A program made the position numbers and the translations under genes. A stretch of DNA of 64,000 bases from an uncultured delta proteobacterium. GTDB lineage: Bacteria; Desulfobacterota; Binatia; DP-6. Below the pieces are notes generated by a model. It was not told the origin of the DNA. It made no database searches and was given only the letters and a program-made list of their open reading frames with translations. Below are positions 1-10,752 of this stretch, in pieces; positions within the stretch are counted from its first letter, which is position 1, and every line of letters begins with the position of its first letter. The stretch lies in NCBI GenBank assembly GCA_963815115.1, contig CAWFFN010000005.1, forward strand, positions 1,312,001-1,376,000, given 5' to 3'.

Positions 1-373
1 GAGTGATCGACACGTAGACCAGCCCGGGGTGCTCGGCGAGCAGCTCGTCCGGTCCGAGACCGCGGGCGGCCATCGCACCCGGGTCGCCGGACTCGATCAG
101 GAAATGTGCGCCACCGACCAGCCGGCGGAACACCTCGCGACCCTCGACGCGCTCGAGCGCGAGCGTGATGCTGCGCTTGTTGCGCGTCTGGGCCCACCAG
201 GTGAGCGAGCGGTCGGGATGCGCGACGTCGTCGAGAAAGGGTCCGATGCGGCGCGCGGCCGAGCCGCCGCAGGGCTCGACCTGGATGACGTCCGCCCCGA
301 GGTCCGCCAGCATCTGGCCGCAGAGGAGCCCGCGGTGGTTCGTCAGGTCGAGCACCCGGTAGGGCGACAGCAT
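1..373 (-). CDS. CoA-transferase family III (CaiB/BaiF), partial, runs off window start
   Basis: Manual translation from ATG at 373: MLSPYRVLDLTNHRGLLCGQMLADLGADVIQVEP...RNKRSITL; not in the ORF track because no stop lies in the window. Confidence 0.85.
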   Translation of the reverse strand, partial: MLSPYRVLDLTNHRGLLCGQMLADLGADVIQVEPCGGSAARRIGPFLDDVAHPDRSLTWWAQTRNKRSITLALERVEGREVFRRLVGGAHFLIESGDPGAMAARGLGPDELLAEHPGLVYVSIT

Positions 374-419
374 GGCGGCGCGGGCTCGATGCTCCGGCGG
401 TCGTACGTGGACCCGGGGA

Positions 420-866
420 TCAGGCGCCGCGCCGCCGCGCCTCGACCGCCTGCCGGAACTCCTCGACCGAGTCGTGCAGGGCCTTCTTCTCGAGGCCGCT
501 ACGCACGAACCCGGGCAACCAGAAGCCGAGATCGATCGCCTGCGAGCACGTCGCCGTGGTGCGCCCGCCGGCCTCCTCGAAGCGGTACTCGCCGCTGATG
601 GCCCGCACGTCGCCCTCGACGAACTCCCACGTCGCGCCGTGCGGCCGGTCGTAGGTGTAGTCGAGGACGTAGCGAATGGTCTTGACGGTCATGTCGAGCA
701 GGAACTCGACGCGCTTCGGCAGCCCGTCGGCGTGATGCTCCAGCACGCGGCAGCTCGTGATCGGCGACGACCAGCGCGGATAGTCCTCGAACGCGACGAG
801 GACGGCGAAGCAATCGGTCACGGGTGCGGCGATGGTGGTCGAGTACGACTGGCGATACTCGCTCAC
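420..866 (-). CDS. SRPBCC/polyketide cyclase (START-like) family protein
   Basis: 148 aa; I-x-AP...DFEDYPRW-type N-terminus (VAFEDYPRW), C-terminal helix. Confidence 0.8.
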   Translation of the reverse strand: MSEYRQSYSTTIAAPVTDCFAVLVAFEDYPRWSSPITSCRVLEHHADGLPKRVEFLLDMTVKTIRYVLDYTYDRPHGATWEFVEGDVRAISGEYRFEEAGGRTTATCSQAIDLGFWLPGFVRSGLEKKALHDSVEEFRQAVEARRRGA

Positions 867-973
867 GCGTGCCCCTCTAGCCGGCGTGCGGGAGGCGCGT
901 CAAGGGCGGGTGTGCGGATCTGCGGCTGTTCCCTATGGGGCGAAATCCGCTATGCTCCGCCCCGGAGATTCCC

Positions 974-2080
974 ATGGCGGTACGGACGATCGAATGGAGA
1001 AACGGCAGCGTGGTCATGATCGACCAGCGACTGCTGCCCTCGCGCGAGGTCTACCGGGTGTATCGCGATCACCGCGAGGTGGCGCGTGCGATCAAGGACA
1101 TGGTCATCCGCGGCGCACCCGCCATCGGCGTAGCCGCGGCGATGGGCATCGCGCTCGGGGCGCGCTCGCTGCGGCCCGGCGATCTGGCCCGCGACTTCGA
1201 ACGGCTCTGCCGCGGCTTCGCGGCGACACGGCCGACGGCGGTCAACCTGTTCTGGGCCATCGAGCGCATGCGGCGGGTGTTCGTGCGCAACCAGCACCGG
1301 CCGATCGACACCCTGCGCACGCTGCTCGAGCGCGAGGCGCTCGCGATGCACGACGAGGACGTGGCCGCGAACCGGCGCATGGGAGAGTACGGCGCGGCGC
1401 TCATCGAGGACGGAGCCACCATCCTCACGCACTGCAACGCCGGCGCGCTCGCCACCGCTGGCTACGGCACGGCGCTGGGTGTCGTGCGGGCCGCGCGCGA
1501 GGCCGGCAAGCGCGTCCAGGTGATCGCCTGCGAGACCCGCCCCTTCCTCCAGGGCGCGCGGCTGACGGCCTGGGAGCTCAAGCGCGACCGCATCCCGGTG
1601 ACGCTCATCACGGACAACATGGCGGCGCACTTCATGCAACGTGGCAAGGTGAGCTGCGTCGTCGTCGGCGCCGACCGCGTCGCGGCCAACGGCGACGTCG
1701 CGAACAAGATCGGCACGTACGGCCATGCCGTCCTGGCGCACCGGCACGCCATTCCGTTCTACGTGGCCGCGCCGCTCTCGACGCTCGATCTGGCCTGTGC
1801 GCGCGGCGAGCAGATCCCGATCGAGGAGCGCCCCGCTCGCGAGGTCTCCCACGTCTTCGACCGTCAGGTGGCGCCGAGCGGCGTCAAGATCGCCAACCCC
1901 GCGTTCGACGTCACGCCGAGCGAGCTGGTCACGGCGATCATCACCGAGCGCGGCGTCGCCCGCCAGCCGCTCGGCCGGACGCTGGCGCGCCTGGCGAGCG
2001 GCTCCGCCGCGACGCGGCCCGCGCGGGCGGAGCGCCGGCCGGAGCGACGCCGCGAAGCGCGCAAGGAACGCCGCCGCTAG
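974..2080 (+). CDS. mtnA: S-methyl-5-thioribose-1-phosphate isomerase
   Basis: [65 protein letters not shown]. Confidence 0.95.
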   Translation: MAVRTIEWRNGSVVMIDQRLLPSREVYRVYRDHREVARAIKDMVIRGAPAIGVAAAMGIALGARSLRPGDLARDFERLCRGFAATRPTAVNLFWAIERMRRVFVRNQHRPIDTLRTLLEREALAMHDEDVAANRRMGEYGAALIEDGATILTHCNAGALATAGYGTALGVVRAAREAGKRVQVIACETRPFLQGARLTAWELKRDRIPVTLITDNMAAHFMQRGKVSCVVVGADRVAANGDVANKIGTYGHAVLAHRHAIPFYVAAPLSTLDLACARGEQIPIEERPAREVSHVFDRQVAPSGVKIANPAFDVTPSELVTAIITERGVARQPLGRTLARLASGSAATRPARAERRPERRREARKERRR

Positions 2081-2084
2081 GAGG

Positions 2085-2111
2085 GCGGCCCGAGACTCCG
2101 TCTCGGGCCGC
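2085..2111. terminator. GC hairpin between convergent mtnA and nagZ
   Basis: gcggcccgagac-tcc-gtctcgggccgc 12-bp stem; no U-tract. Confidence 0.45.
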
Positions 2112-2117
2112 GCTGCT

Positions 2118-3188
2118 CTATCCCCCGAGCCGGCGCGCGAGCCGCGCGTGCGCTGGCCAGGCGAGCCGGCTGTCGCGGCGGCGTCGCCGGCGGAGCGTGG
2201 CGGCGCGGCGGCGGAGCCCGTGGATGCGGAGCAGCGAGCCGGCCACCTGCCTCGCATCGAGCCTGCCGCGCTCGACGGCGCGCTCGACCCCCTCCATCGC
2301 CCGCACCGCGGCCTCGAGCGACTGGCAGGCGACCAGCATGTCACAGCCGGCCTCGAGCGCCGCCACCGCGATCCGCTCGGGCGAGCGCTTCCCGGCGACC
2401 GCGCCCATGTCGAGGTCGTCGCTGAAGAGCACGCCGCGAAACCCGAGCCGCCGCCGCAGCAGGTCGCGGCAGATGCGCGGCGACAGCGTCGCCGGGCGGC
2501 GCGGATCGAGGGCCGTGTAGACGACGTGGGCCGTCATCAGGGCGGGAAGGCCGGCGCCGACGGCGCGCGCGAAGGGCACGAGGTCGCGCTCCGCCAGCAT
2601 GCGTCGCGAGAGCCGCACCCGCGGGAGAACGAAATGCGAGTCGCCGGCCGTGCTGCCGTGTCCGGGGAAGTGCTTGCCGCAGGCCACGACCCCGCCGCGC
2701 GCGAGGCCACGAGCGAGAGCGAGGCCGAAGCGTGCCACGCGTTGCGGCGTCGCGCCGAAGGCGCGATCGCCGATCACCTGGTTGCGCGGGTTCGACAGCA
2801 CGTCGAGCACGGGCGCGAAGTCGAGGTCGATTCCCACCGCGGCGAGCTCGCGCGCCATGGCCAGCCCGACCGCTTCGATCGCGCGGGCATCGCCGTTGGC
2901 AGCGACGGTGGCGGCGGGCGGGAAGTGGGTGAAGGGTCTCGGCAGGCGGTCGACGCGACCACCCTCGTGGTCGATGGCGATCAGCGGGGCGACCCCGGCC
3001 CCCAGCTCGTGCAGCGAGGCGACGAGGTCGCGGAGCTGGCCGGCGGAGCGGATGTTGCGGCGGAAGAGCACGACGCCGCCAGGCGGGTGCTCGGTGAGGA
3101 CGCGGCGGGTGGCGGGGTCGAGCGCGGGGCCCGGGATCCCGGTCATGAACAGGCCCGAGACGGTCCGGCGGAGCAGGCTGGTGGCCAT
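2118..3188 (-). CDS. nagZ: beta-N-acetylhexosaminidase (GH3)
   Basis: IDHEGGRVDR, FAPVLD, KHFPGHG..GDSH, SDDLDMGA. Confidence 0.93.
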   Translation of the reverse strand: MATSLLRRTVSGLFMTGIPGPALDPATRRVLTEHPPGGVVLFRRNIRSAGQLRDLVASLHELGAGVAPLIAIDHEGGRVDRLPRPFTHFPPAATVAANGDARAIEAVGLAMARELAAVGIDLDFAPVLDVLSNPRNQVIGDRAFGATPQRVARFGLALARGLARGGVVACGKHFPGHGSTAGDSHFVLPRVRLSRRMLAERDLVPFARAVGAGLPALMTAHVVYTALDPRRPATLSPRICRDLLRRRLGFRGVLFSDDLDMGAVAGKRSPERIAVAALEAGCDMLVACQSLEAAVRAMEGVERAVERGRLDARQVAGSLLRIHGLRRRAATLRRRRRRDSRLAWPAHARLARRLGG

Positions 3189-3280
3189 TGCACGGCCTAT
3201 AGCAACGGGTCAGGCACGAACGAAGTTCTGCTGGAACGACCGACCCACCTGTGCTAGCGGTGGCGTCTGAGTAGGCGGGG

Positions 3281-3934
3281 ATGGCGGCGAACCGAAGGGT
3301 GGGGCGCTACATCGCGGTCGAGGGGCCAATCGGAGTCGGGAAGACGGCCCTCGCGAGACGGCTCGCCACCGAGTTCGGGTCGCAGCTGGTCCTCGAGCGA
3401 GTCGAAGACAACCCGTTCCTGAGCAAGTTCTACGAGGACCCCGAGCGACATGCCTTCCAGGCCCAGCTGTTCTTCACCCTCGAGCGCTACCGCCAGCAGC
3501 GCGAGCTCGAGCAGCACGGCATCGATGCCGCCGGCGGCGTGTGCGACTACCTCTTCGCCAAGGACGGCATCTTCGCCGGCGTCACCCTCAATCCGCACGA
3601 GCTGGCGCTCTACCGGCAGATCTTCCAGCTCCTCGATGCGCAGATTCCCCGGCCCGACCTGGTCATCTACCTCGAGGCCCGGCCCGACGTCCTCCTGCGA
3701 CGAATTCGCAAGCGCGACCGTGACTTCGAGCGCGGCATCACCCCGGAGTATCTGGAGCGCTTGACGGAAGCATTCCGGACCTTTTTTCATCATTATTCGG
3801 ACGCCCCACTTCTCGTGATCAACTGCTCGGACATCGACTTCGTGGAACACGGCGGCGATCTCGCCGACCTGATCAAGGAAGTCAGGGGCATGAAACAGGG
3901 GGTACAGCACTACATTCCGCTTGGATCCCGCTGA
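3281..3934 (+). CDS. deoxynucleoside kinase
   Basis: IAVEGPIGVGKT Walker A, NPFLSKFY, PDLVIYL, RDRDFE. Confidence 0.92.
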   Translation: MAANRRVGRYIAVEGPIGVGKTALARRLATEFGSQLVLERVEDNPFLSKFYEDPERHAFQAQLFFTLERYRQQRELEQHGIDAAGGVCDYLFAKDGIFAGVTLNPHELALYRQIFQLLDAQIPRPDLVIYLEARPDVLLRRIRKRDRDFERGITPEYLERLTEAFRTFFHHYSDAPLLVINCSDIDFVEHGGDLADLIKEVRGMKQGVQHYIPLGSR

Positions 3935-3981
3935 ACGACCCCGACCCCATTCCGGGGCGGGGATTGAACGGACCGAGACGG
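3917..3981 (+). ncRNA. pan RNA motif-like cis-regulatory hairpin upstream of panB
   Basis: CCG-CUUGG-A-UCC (3917-3928) pairs with GGA-CCGAG-A-CGG (3970-3981): stem with one bulged A on each strand, located 5' of panBCD. Confidence 0.7.
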
Positions 3982-4110
3982 GCAGGCACGACGGCGCGAG
4001 CTCACGGCGAGCACTGACACTCTCCCGGCACGACCCGGGACCCCGAGCAACGCGGCAGGGGATCCGGAAGGGACGCGGCGGGACGCTCTCCCACGGCAAC
4101 GCTCCATACG

Positions 4111-4144
4111 GCCTCCCGGACGACCGGTCCGAGGAGGCTTTTTC
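4111..4144 (+). promoter_or_regulatory. Terminator-like / RBS-sequestering hairpin in the panB leader
   Basis: gcctcc...ggaggc followed by tttttt; the 3' arm contains the GAGGAGG Shine-Dalgarno just upstream of ATG 4147. Confidence 0.6.
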
Positions 4145-4146
4145 AC

Positions 4147-4989
4147 ATGGAGACGACGCGCATCACGGTACCGGACCTGGGGCGGATGAAGGCGGCGGGG
4201 GAGCGGATCACGATGGTGACCGCCTACGACTGGACCTTCGCCCGGCTGCTGGATGCTGCCGGCGTCGAGCTGCTCCTGGTCGGCGACTCGCTCGGCAACG
4301 TGATCCAGGGCCACGACACGACGCTGCCGGTCACGCTCGACGAGATGGTCTACCACACGCGGCTGGTGACCCGCGGGGCCAGTCGCGCGCTGGTGGTCGG
4401 CGACCTGCCGTTCGGCTCCTACCAGTCGAGCCCCGAGCGCGCCGTCGAGAGCGCCGTTCGCCTGGTGAAGGAAGGCGGCGCGGCAGCGGTGAAGCTCGAG
4501 GGCGGCCTCAACATGGCGGCGACCATCGAGGCGATCGCACGCGTCGACATCCCGGTGATGGGGCACGTCGGACTCACGCCCCAGTCGGTCCACCGCATGG
4601 GTGGCCCCAAGGTCCAGGGCCGGCGTCACGGCAACGCGCCGGGCGGCCGCGGCCGCGTCCTCGACGACGCGCGAGCGGTCGAGGCGGCAGGAGCCTTCGC
4701 GGTCGTGCTCGAGGGCATCCCCCTCGATCTCGCCGCGGAGATCACGGCCGAGCTCGGCATCCCGACCATCGGCATCGGTGCGGGCGCCTTCTGCGACGGC
4801 CAGGTCCTTGTCCTGCACGACCTCCTCGGGCTCTCGCAGCGCGCGCCGAAGTTCGCCAAGGCCTACGCGGCGCTGGCGGACGAGGTCGTGCGCGCCGCCG
4901 AGGACTACGTCCGCGAGGTGAAGGCGGGCGACTTCCCGACCGATGCCCACTCGTACCACGCTCTCAAGCCGGTGGCGGCCAACGGCTGA
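4147..4989 (+). CDS. panB: 3-methyl-2-oxobutanoate hydroxymethyltransferase
   Basis: [46 protein letters not shown]. Confidence 0.97.
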   Translation: METTRITVPDLGRMKAAGERITMVTAYDWTFARLLDAAGVELLLVGDSLGNVIQGHDTTLPVTLDEMVYHTRLVTRGASRALVVGDLPFGSYQSSPERAVESAVRLVKEGGAAAVKLEGGLNMAATIEAIARVDIPVMGHVGLTPQSVHRMGGPKVQGRRHGNAPGGRGRVLDDARAVEAAGAFAVVLEGIPLDLAAEITAELGIPTIGIGAGAFCDGQVLVLHDLLGLSQRAPKFAKAYAALADEVVRAAEDYVREVKAGDFPTDAHSYHALKPVAANG

Positions 4990-4999
4990 GGTGACGGCC

Positions 5000-5860
5000 A
5001 TGGAGATCATCACCGATCCCCGGGCGATGCAGGCCTGGTCCGACGGCGAGCGCCGGGCGGGCCGCCGCGTCGCCCTCGTGCCCACGATGGGCGCGCTGCA
5101 CGACGGACATCTCGAGCTGGTGCGGGTGGCGCGCGCGCGGGCCGACCGCGTCGTGGTCTCGATCTTCGTCAACCCGATCCAGTTCAACCGGCGCGACGAC
5201 TTCGAGCGCTATCCGCGCACGCTCGACGAGGACGCCGGCCTGTGCGCCACCGCCGGCGTCGACGTCGTCTACGCCCCGTCGCCGGGCGCCATGTATCCCG
5301 AGGGGTTCGCCTCCGGCGTGGAGGTGGCGGGGCTCTCCGAGCCGCTCTGCGGCCGGACGCGGCCCGGACACTTCCGCGGCGTCACCACCGTGGTGACCAA
5401 GCTGTTCAACGCGGTGCGCCCGCACTGCGCGGCGTTCGGCGAGAAGGACTGGCAGCAGCTGGCGGTGATCCGGCGGATGGCCGCCGACCTCGACACCGGG
5501 ATCGAGGTGATCGGCGTGGCGACGGTCCGCGAGGCGGACGGCCTCGCGCTCTCGAGCCGCAACCGCCTGCTCGCGACCGAGGCACGGCGGGCCGCGGTCT
5601 GCGTGCCGCGCGCCCTCGAGGCGGCCGCAGCGGCGGTGGCGGGCGGCGAGACGACGGCGCGCTCGGTCGTCGACCGGGCCGCCGCCGTGATCGCGCGCGA
5701 GCCGCAGGCGCGGCTCGAGTACGCCGAGGTCCGGGATCCCGATTCCCTGACCGAGCTGGAGGCGGTGAAGGGACCGGCGTTGCTCGCCCTGGCGGTATGG
5801 GTGGGCGGCGTGCGGCTGATCGACAATCGCATCCTGAGTCCAGGGAGAACCGAACGATGA
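5000..5860 (+). CDS. panC: pantoate-beta-alanine ligase
   Basis: [49 protein letters not shown]. Confidence 0.97.
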   Translation: MEIITDPRAMQAWSDGERRAGRRVALVPTMGALHDGHLELVRVARARADRVVVSIFVNPIQFNRRDDFERYPRTLDEDAGLCATAGVDVVYAPSPGAMYPEGFASGVEVAGLSEPLCGRTRPGHFRGVTTVVTKLFNAVRPHCAAFGEKDWQQLAVIRRMAADLDTGIEVIGVATVREADGLALSSRNRLLATEARRAAVCVPRALEAAAAAVAGGETTARSVVDRAAAVIAREPQARLEYAEVRDPDSLTELEAVKGPALLALAVWVGGVRLIDNRILSPGRTER

Positions 5861-6279
5861 CCACGCGCAAGATGATGCGGGCCAAGATCCACCGCGCCAC
5901 CGTCACCCAGGCCGACGTCGACTACGAGGGCTCGATCACCATCGACCGCCGCCTGCTCGACGCCACCGATCTGCTGCCCAACGAGGCGGTCTGCGTGTGG
6001 AACGTCACCAACGGCCACCGCTTCGAGACCTACGCCGTCGAGGGACCGCCCGATAGCGGCGTCATCTGCGTGAACGGCGCGGCTGCGCACCTGGTCTCGC
6101 CGGGCGATCTGCTCATCATTGCCGCCTTCACCTGGATGGAGGAGGATGCGGCCCGTCGCCACCAGCCCAAGGTGGTGTTCGTCGACGAGCACAACCGCAT
6201 CCGGGAGAAGCGCGCGGAGGTTCCCGGCCCCCGCCTTCCCGAGCGCGTCGACATCGGCTTCCGGACCGCGACGGAATGA
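5857..6279 (+). CDS. panD: aspartate 1-decarboxylase
   Basis: [16 protein letters not shown] self-cleavage site, NGAAAH; ATGA overlap with panC. Confidence 0.97.
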   Translation: MTTRKMMRAKIHRATVTQADVDYEGSITIDRRLLDATDLLPNEAVCVWNVTNGHRFETYAVEGPPDSGVICVNGAAAHLVSPGDLLIIAAFTWMEEDAARRHQPKVVFVDEHNRIREKRAEVPGPRLPERVDIGFRTATE

Positions 6280-6749
6280 GCGACAAGGCCCGAGACCGCG
6301 ACATCACCGTCAACCGTCGGGCCTTCCACGAGTACCACATCGACGAGCGCCTGGAGGCCGGTCTCGCGCTCGTCGGCAGCGAGGTGAAGTCGCTACGCGA
6401 CGGGCGGGTCAACCTGAAGGACGCCTACGCGCGCTTCGTCGGCGAGGAGCTCTTTCTGATCGGCGTGCACATCAGCCCCTACGGCCCGGCGAGCCAGTTC
6501 GGGCACGAGCCCGAGCGGCACCGCAAGCTCCTGCTGCACCGGCGTGAGCTCGACAAGCTGGGAGGCAAGCTCAAGGAGCGCGGGCTCACCATGGTGCCCC
6601 TGCGTCTCTACTGGGTGAAGGGCCGTGCCAAGGTCGAGCTCGGGCTCGGGCGGGGGAAGAAGCTGTACGACAAGCGCGAGGCGATTCGCGAGCGCATGGA
6701 GAAGCGCGACGTGGACCGCGCCATGGCCGCGGGGCGACGTCGCCGCTGA
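6276..6749 (+). CDS. smpB: SsrA-binding protein
   Basis: [40 protein letters not shown]; ATGA overlap with panD. Confidence 0.97.
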   Translation: MSDKARDRDITVNRRAFHEYHIDERLEAGLALVGSEVKSLRDGRVNLKDAYARFVGEELFLIGVHISPYGPASQFGHEPERHRKLLLHRRELDKLGGKLKERGLTMVPLRLYWVKGRAKVELGLGRGKKLYDKREAIRERMEKRDVDRAMAAGRRRR

Positions 6750-6876
6750 GCCGGCGCCCGGTTGCTTGCCGGGACGGGCGATTTCGTCTTGCCCCGATTG
6801 AAGCCTGCTGCATAAAGGTCTCGACGGGGAACGTCGCTGCTGGTCGAGGGCGCGGTGCCCGGAGGAGGACCTCGCG

Positions 6877-8400
6877 ATGCGATTGCTCGTGGCCGCCGCC
6901 GTGCTGCTGCTCGGTCTGTCCGCTCGCCCCGCCGCGAGCGCCGACTCGTTCGACGTCGTGGACGCGTTCCAGAAGGACGGTGCGTTCTCGCTGATCATCG
7001 TGCCCCACAGCTGGAACGGCGCGTTCATCGTCTACGCCCACGGCTACGACGCGGACTATCGCGACATCACGCCGTACCCGTCCGACATCACGCCTGCCAA
7101 CATCGGCTCGAAGCTGTCGGGCGCCGATCTGATCCTGCAGATTCCCCTCACCCTCGGCTACGCCGTGGGGACGACGACATACCGCTCCGTCGGGTGGGCC
7201 GTCGCCGACGCCTGGCGTGACGTCGACAACGTCCGCCGGCGATTCCGCAAGCGCGTCGGCAAGCCCACGTTCACCTACGTCTGGGGGCACTCCGAGGGCG
7301 GCATGGTCACGCAGACGGTCATCGAGAAGCGGCCGCACGACTACGACGGTGCGCTGCCGATGTGCGCGCTCGGTGCGGGAGGCCGGCGCAACCTGAACGG
7401 GGCCTGGGACCTGCGCGCCGCCTACGAATACGTCTGCGCCGGCGTGCCCGACGCCGAGTTCCGGTGCAACGTGTGCACGGACGGAACCAGCCGCTGCCTG
7501 GTCGACGCGGACTGCCCATCGGGTCAGACGTGTGGCGATCTCGAGCCGGCCTATCCGCCGGAATGGGGACTCACACCGGAGTGCAGCGAGTTCGTGCTCA
7601 AGAGGCCCGGCGACCCGAAGCCCGAGCCGCGCTTCAACGACTTCGTCGCGCGTCACGTCGGCGCGTGCTTCGGCCTCGCGGCGCCGACGCCCGACCAGCA
7701 GGCCCGCCGGGACCTCTTCCTGCGCGGCACCCAGATCCCCCCGAGTTTCCTCTTCACCGATCTCTTCTTCGCGTCCGTCGCGCTCGGGGAGATCCGCAAC
7801 CGTCGGACCGGGGGCGGCGTGCCGTGGAGCAACGACGGCGTCACCTACCGGTCGCCGGCTCTCAGCCCGGCGGAGCAGGATGCCTACAATGCCGGCGTGC
7901 CGCGAGCGACCAACGACCCTGCCGCCATGGAGTACCTCCGGCGGAACTACGAAGAGCGCGGGTACACGCAGAGCAAGATCGTCACGCTGCACGCGCTCGA
8001 CGACGGGCTGGTCATTCCGGAGAACGAGGAGAAGTACCTCGAGGTGTTCGGCACGGTGAAGCGCGAGGACCAGCTGGTGCAGCTCTACACCCCGACCGGC
8101 GGACACTGCGGCTTCACACCTGCCGAGCACGTCGCTGCCCTGACGTCGCTCTTCGCATGGGTGGAGCACGGGACGAAGCCGACCGTCGCGAGCGCGCTGG
8201 CGACGTGCAACCTGGTGGCGCCGTTCGTCGGTGGCCCGTGCCGCATCCAGGATGCCGACCCGGGCGAGTTCGGCGAGCGGGTCGTCGAGCGGCGCCAGAA
8301 GGGGCTCTCGCTCCGCGACCTCGTGTGCAAGGGCGATCCCGGCGATTGCCCGGACGGCGTGTCGTGCTCGCCGCGAACCGATCGCTGCACGGTGCGGTGA
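6877..8400 (+). CDS. secreted alpha/beta hydrolase with Cys-rich inserts
   Basis: Signal peptide, GGAGG RBS, YAHGY oxyanion region, GHSEGG nucleophile elbow, D (LDDGLV) and H (GGHC) triad candidates. Confidence 0.75.
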   Translation: MRLLVAAAVLLLGLSARPAASADSFDVVDAFQKDGAFSLIIVPHSWNGAFIVYAHGYDADYRDITPYPSDITPANIGSKLSGADLILQIPLTLGYAVGTTTYRSVGWAVADAWRDVDNVRRRFRKRVGKPTFTYVWGHSEGGMVTQTVIEKRPHDYDGALPMCALGAGGRRNLNGAWDLRAAYEYVCAGVPDAEFRCNVCTDGTSRCLVDADCPSGQTCGDLEPAYPPEWGLTPECSEFVLKRPGDPKPEPRFNDFVARHVGACFGLAAPTPDQQARRDLFLRGTQIPPSFLFTDLFFASVALGEIRNRRTGGGVPWSNDGVTYRSPALSPAEQDAYNAGVPRATNDPAAMEYLRRNYEERGYTQSKIVTLHALDDGLVIPENEEKYLEVFGTVKREDQLVQLYTPTGGHCGFTPAEHVAALTSLFAWVEHGTKPTVASALATCNLVAPFVGGPCRIQDADPGEFGERVVERRQKGLSLRDLVCKGDPGDCPDGVSCSPRTDRCTVR

Positions 8401-8435
8401 GCGAGGGCCAGACCTGACGCCGCCTCCGGGCGGCG

Positions 8436-9290
8436 TCAGGGTCGGGCAGGGTAGAGCGCCAGGGGTTCCTCGTCGATCGGGAGCGAGATCAGCTCGCCGG
8501 GACCGGAGAGCGTGACGTAGAGCACGCCGTCGCCCAGGCAGCAGTTGGTCGGCTCGCTGCCCGGGCCGGTCTCGATCACCTCGCGCACCTGGCCGTCGCG
8601 CTCGAAGACGACCAGGACGTCACCGAGGCTGCCGGCGCAGTAGAGCCGTCCGGCGCGGTCGAAGCAGAAGCCGTCGGGGAATCCCTTCGGCAGCTTCGCC
8701 CACTCGACGGGCTTGGCGCCGGGCTTCGCATCCATCACCAGCACGGTCTGCGCCATGCTCTGCGCGACGTAGAGGCGGTCGTCGGGGCCGAACGCGATGC
8801 CGTTCGGGAAGAACGGCACCTCGGAGAGCAGCTCGACGCGACCGTCGAGCGACGTGCGCGCGACCCGCCCGACCCCGAGGTTCTGGAGGTCCTCCCAGTT
8901 GTGCGGATCGGTGTAGTAGAGCAGCCCGTCGGGACCGAAGCAGAGGTCGTTCGGACGATTCGGCGGTGCGCCCGGCAGCGTCGTGGCGACGTCGCGGACC
9001 TCTCCCACGAGGCTCACGCGCTGGATGCGCCCCGGGATCGCGTCGTGGGCTTCCCACTTGCCCTCGTGCCCGAGCGAGAGCCCGCCGTTGTTGGCGACGT
9101 AGAGCGCGCCGTCCGGTCCCAGCGTGGCGCCGTTCGGTCCACCGCCGGTCCGTGCGATCGTCGACACCGACGAGCCGTCCCAGAGCGAGACGCACTGGCC
9201 GCGGATCTGTACGAAGGCGATCCGCTGCGGCCCGACCCAGACCGGTCCTTCGGGAAATCCCAGCCCCGTTGCCAGCACACGCGGCTCCAT
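8436..9290 (-). CDS. SMP-30/gluconolactonase/LRE family protein
   Basis: GFPEGPVW, GPNG, RPNDL, FPNGIAF, PDGFCFD, PTNCC. Confidence 0.9.
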   Translation of the reverse strand: MEPRVLATGLGFPEGPVWVGPQRIAFVQIRGQCVSLWDGSSVSTIARTGGGPNGATLGPDGALYVANNGGLSLGHEGKWEAHDAIPGRIQRVSLVGEVRDVATTLPGAPPNRPNDLCFGPDGLLYYTDPHNWEDLQNLGVGRVARTSLDGRVELLSEVPFFPNGIAFGPDDRLYVAQSMAQTVLVMDAKPGAKPVEWAKLPKGFPDGFCFDRAGRLYCAGSLGDVLVVFERDGQVREVIETGPGSEPTNCCLGDGVLYVTLSGPGELISLPIDEEPLALYPARP

Positions 9291-9369
9291 GCCGCGGGTT
9301 TCTATCGCCGCGAGGAGGGGGGCACAATGGTCTTTTCACGACACGCAGCCCCTCGTGAACGCCCCTCGC

Positions 9370-9405
9370 CCGACGAGGGTGGGGCCGGAGACCCACCCTC
9401 GTCGG
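9370..9405. terminator. 14-bp hairpin downstream of the 9429-10073 gene
   Basis: ccgacgagggtggg...cccaccctcgtcgg. Confidence 0.5.
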
Positions 9406-9428
9406 CGAGATGCCGCGTGGGGCGCGCG

Positions 9429-10073
9429 CTACCCGAGGTTGACTTCTGTCGGACCGAAGTTGACCGCCTTCAGCCCCTTGGGATCGGCGCAGGCGCCGCC
9501 GAGGGCGGTGATGCCTTCCACCGTGAGGGCCTTGGTGCTCGATGCCGCGCCGGTGCCCGTCGGGCCGCCGAAGGGGCCGGTCTGGGTCGTGCTCGCGATA
9601 TTGAACTGACCGTACGTCGCGGTGTCCGCGAACGGAGTCGCGGTGCCACCGGAGACGTCGCCGGACCCGATCGTGATGGTCGTCGTGGCGCTGCTCAGCT
9701 TCTCGACCGTCTTCCACTTGATCGTGAGGGTGCCAGCGGCCGTCGACGGGCCGAGCAGGCTGAGGCAGTCGTTGTTCGTGGCGTTGAGGAGGCCCGAGAC
9801 CGAGCCACTCACGACGGTGACGGCGGGGTTCGCGCCGTTGGGCGTCGCAACGCAGCCGCTGAGCGTGCCCTTGATCTTGATGGCGTCGGGCAATGTGCCA
9901 CCGAGAACGAGCGAGGGCTTGAAGCCGGCGGTCGCCTTGGTGAACGTGTCGCACTTGATCGTGTAGTTCGTGGCGTCGATCGGGGGAGGCCCGGCGGCGC
10001 CGGCGCTGCCGACCAACAGGCTGCCACCGATCAGAGTCGCGATCCCGCCGAGCACAGTGATCTTTCGAAACAT
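9429..10073 (-). CDS. secreted Thr/Gly-rich hypothetical protein
   Basis: AGGAGGT RBS before ATG 10073; signal peptide MFRKITVLGGIATLIGGSLLVGSAGA; four Cys; strong codon bias. Confidence 0.75.
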   Translation of the reverse strand: MFRKITVLGGIATLIGGSLLVGSAGAAGPPPIDATNYTIKCDTFTKATAGFKPSLVLGGTLPDAIKIKGTLSGCVATPNGANPAVTVVSGSVSGLLNATNNDCLSLLGPSTAAGTLTIKWKTVEKLSSATTTITIGSGDVSGGTATPFADTATYGQFNIASTTQTGPFGGPTGTGAASSTKALTVEGITALGGACADPKGLKAVNFGPTEVNLG

Positions 10074-10318
10074 GTTACCCACCTCCTGTGGTTTGCGTGT
10101 AAGGGACACAGATGGTTCCGAGCGAGCCGCTGGCCCGCTCGCCTCCTAACCCGGCAAGGCGCTGCACGACGATGGCGCGAATCGTCCACCGACAGTGCGA
10201 GCAACGCCTCCGGCAAGTCCCTTCTCAGGGATAGTCTATGGCTTGGCCCCCTCGTGGGGCCGTCTCCGGCTTTCAGTGGCGAAGCTACACGCGGCGGCCG
10301 CCGCTGCACAAGCCCTTT

Positions 10319-10663
10319 TCAACGGTCGCGCTGCTCGAGGCACTGGCTGCCCGTGACGGCCAGGGTGTGATGCTCCGCGACGCCGGCGACGAAATGCTCG
10401 ACGAGCGCCGTCTTGCCGGCGCCGGCTTCGCCGGTGACGAACACCACCTGCCGCTCACCACGCAGCGCCCGCGCGAGGCGCTCCTCGAGAAGCTCGATCT
10501 CGCCGCCGCGGCCGAGAAGCTGGTCCTTCAAGACGAGCTGGCCGGGCCGCTCGATCAGCACCCCCAGGACATCGAATGCCTTGGGGGTGAGCCGGATCGC
10601 CCCGGCCGGGTCCTCGAGCCGCTGGTTGGCGCGGTCGAATCGGAAGCGGTCGAAGTGAACCAT
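10319..10663 (-). pseudogene. remnant of an OmpR-type wHTH + AAA ATPase transcriptional regulator
   Basis: FDRFRFD...LTPKAFDVLGVLIERPGQLVLKDQLL joined directly to GRGGEIELL...VFVTGEAGAGKT; second half of the wHTH is missing and the ORF stops soon after Walker A. Confidence 0.75.
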
Positions 10664-10752
10664 CGTCGGTCCGGCCGTCTACCTGCGTTTTAACCGCGCT
10701 CTAACCGAACTCGAAGGACTGCCCGAGCCCTGGGCGCTATCCCACGCAACCA

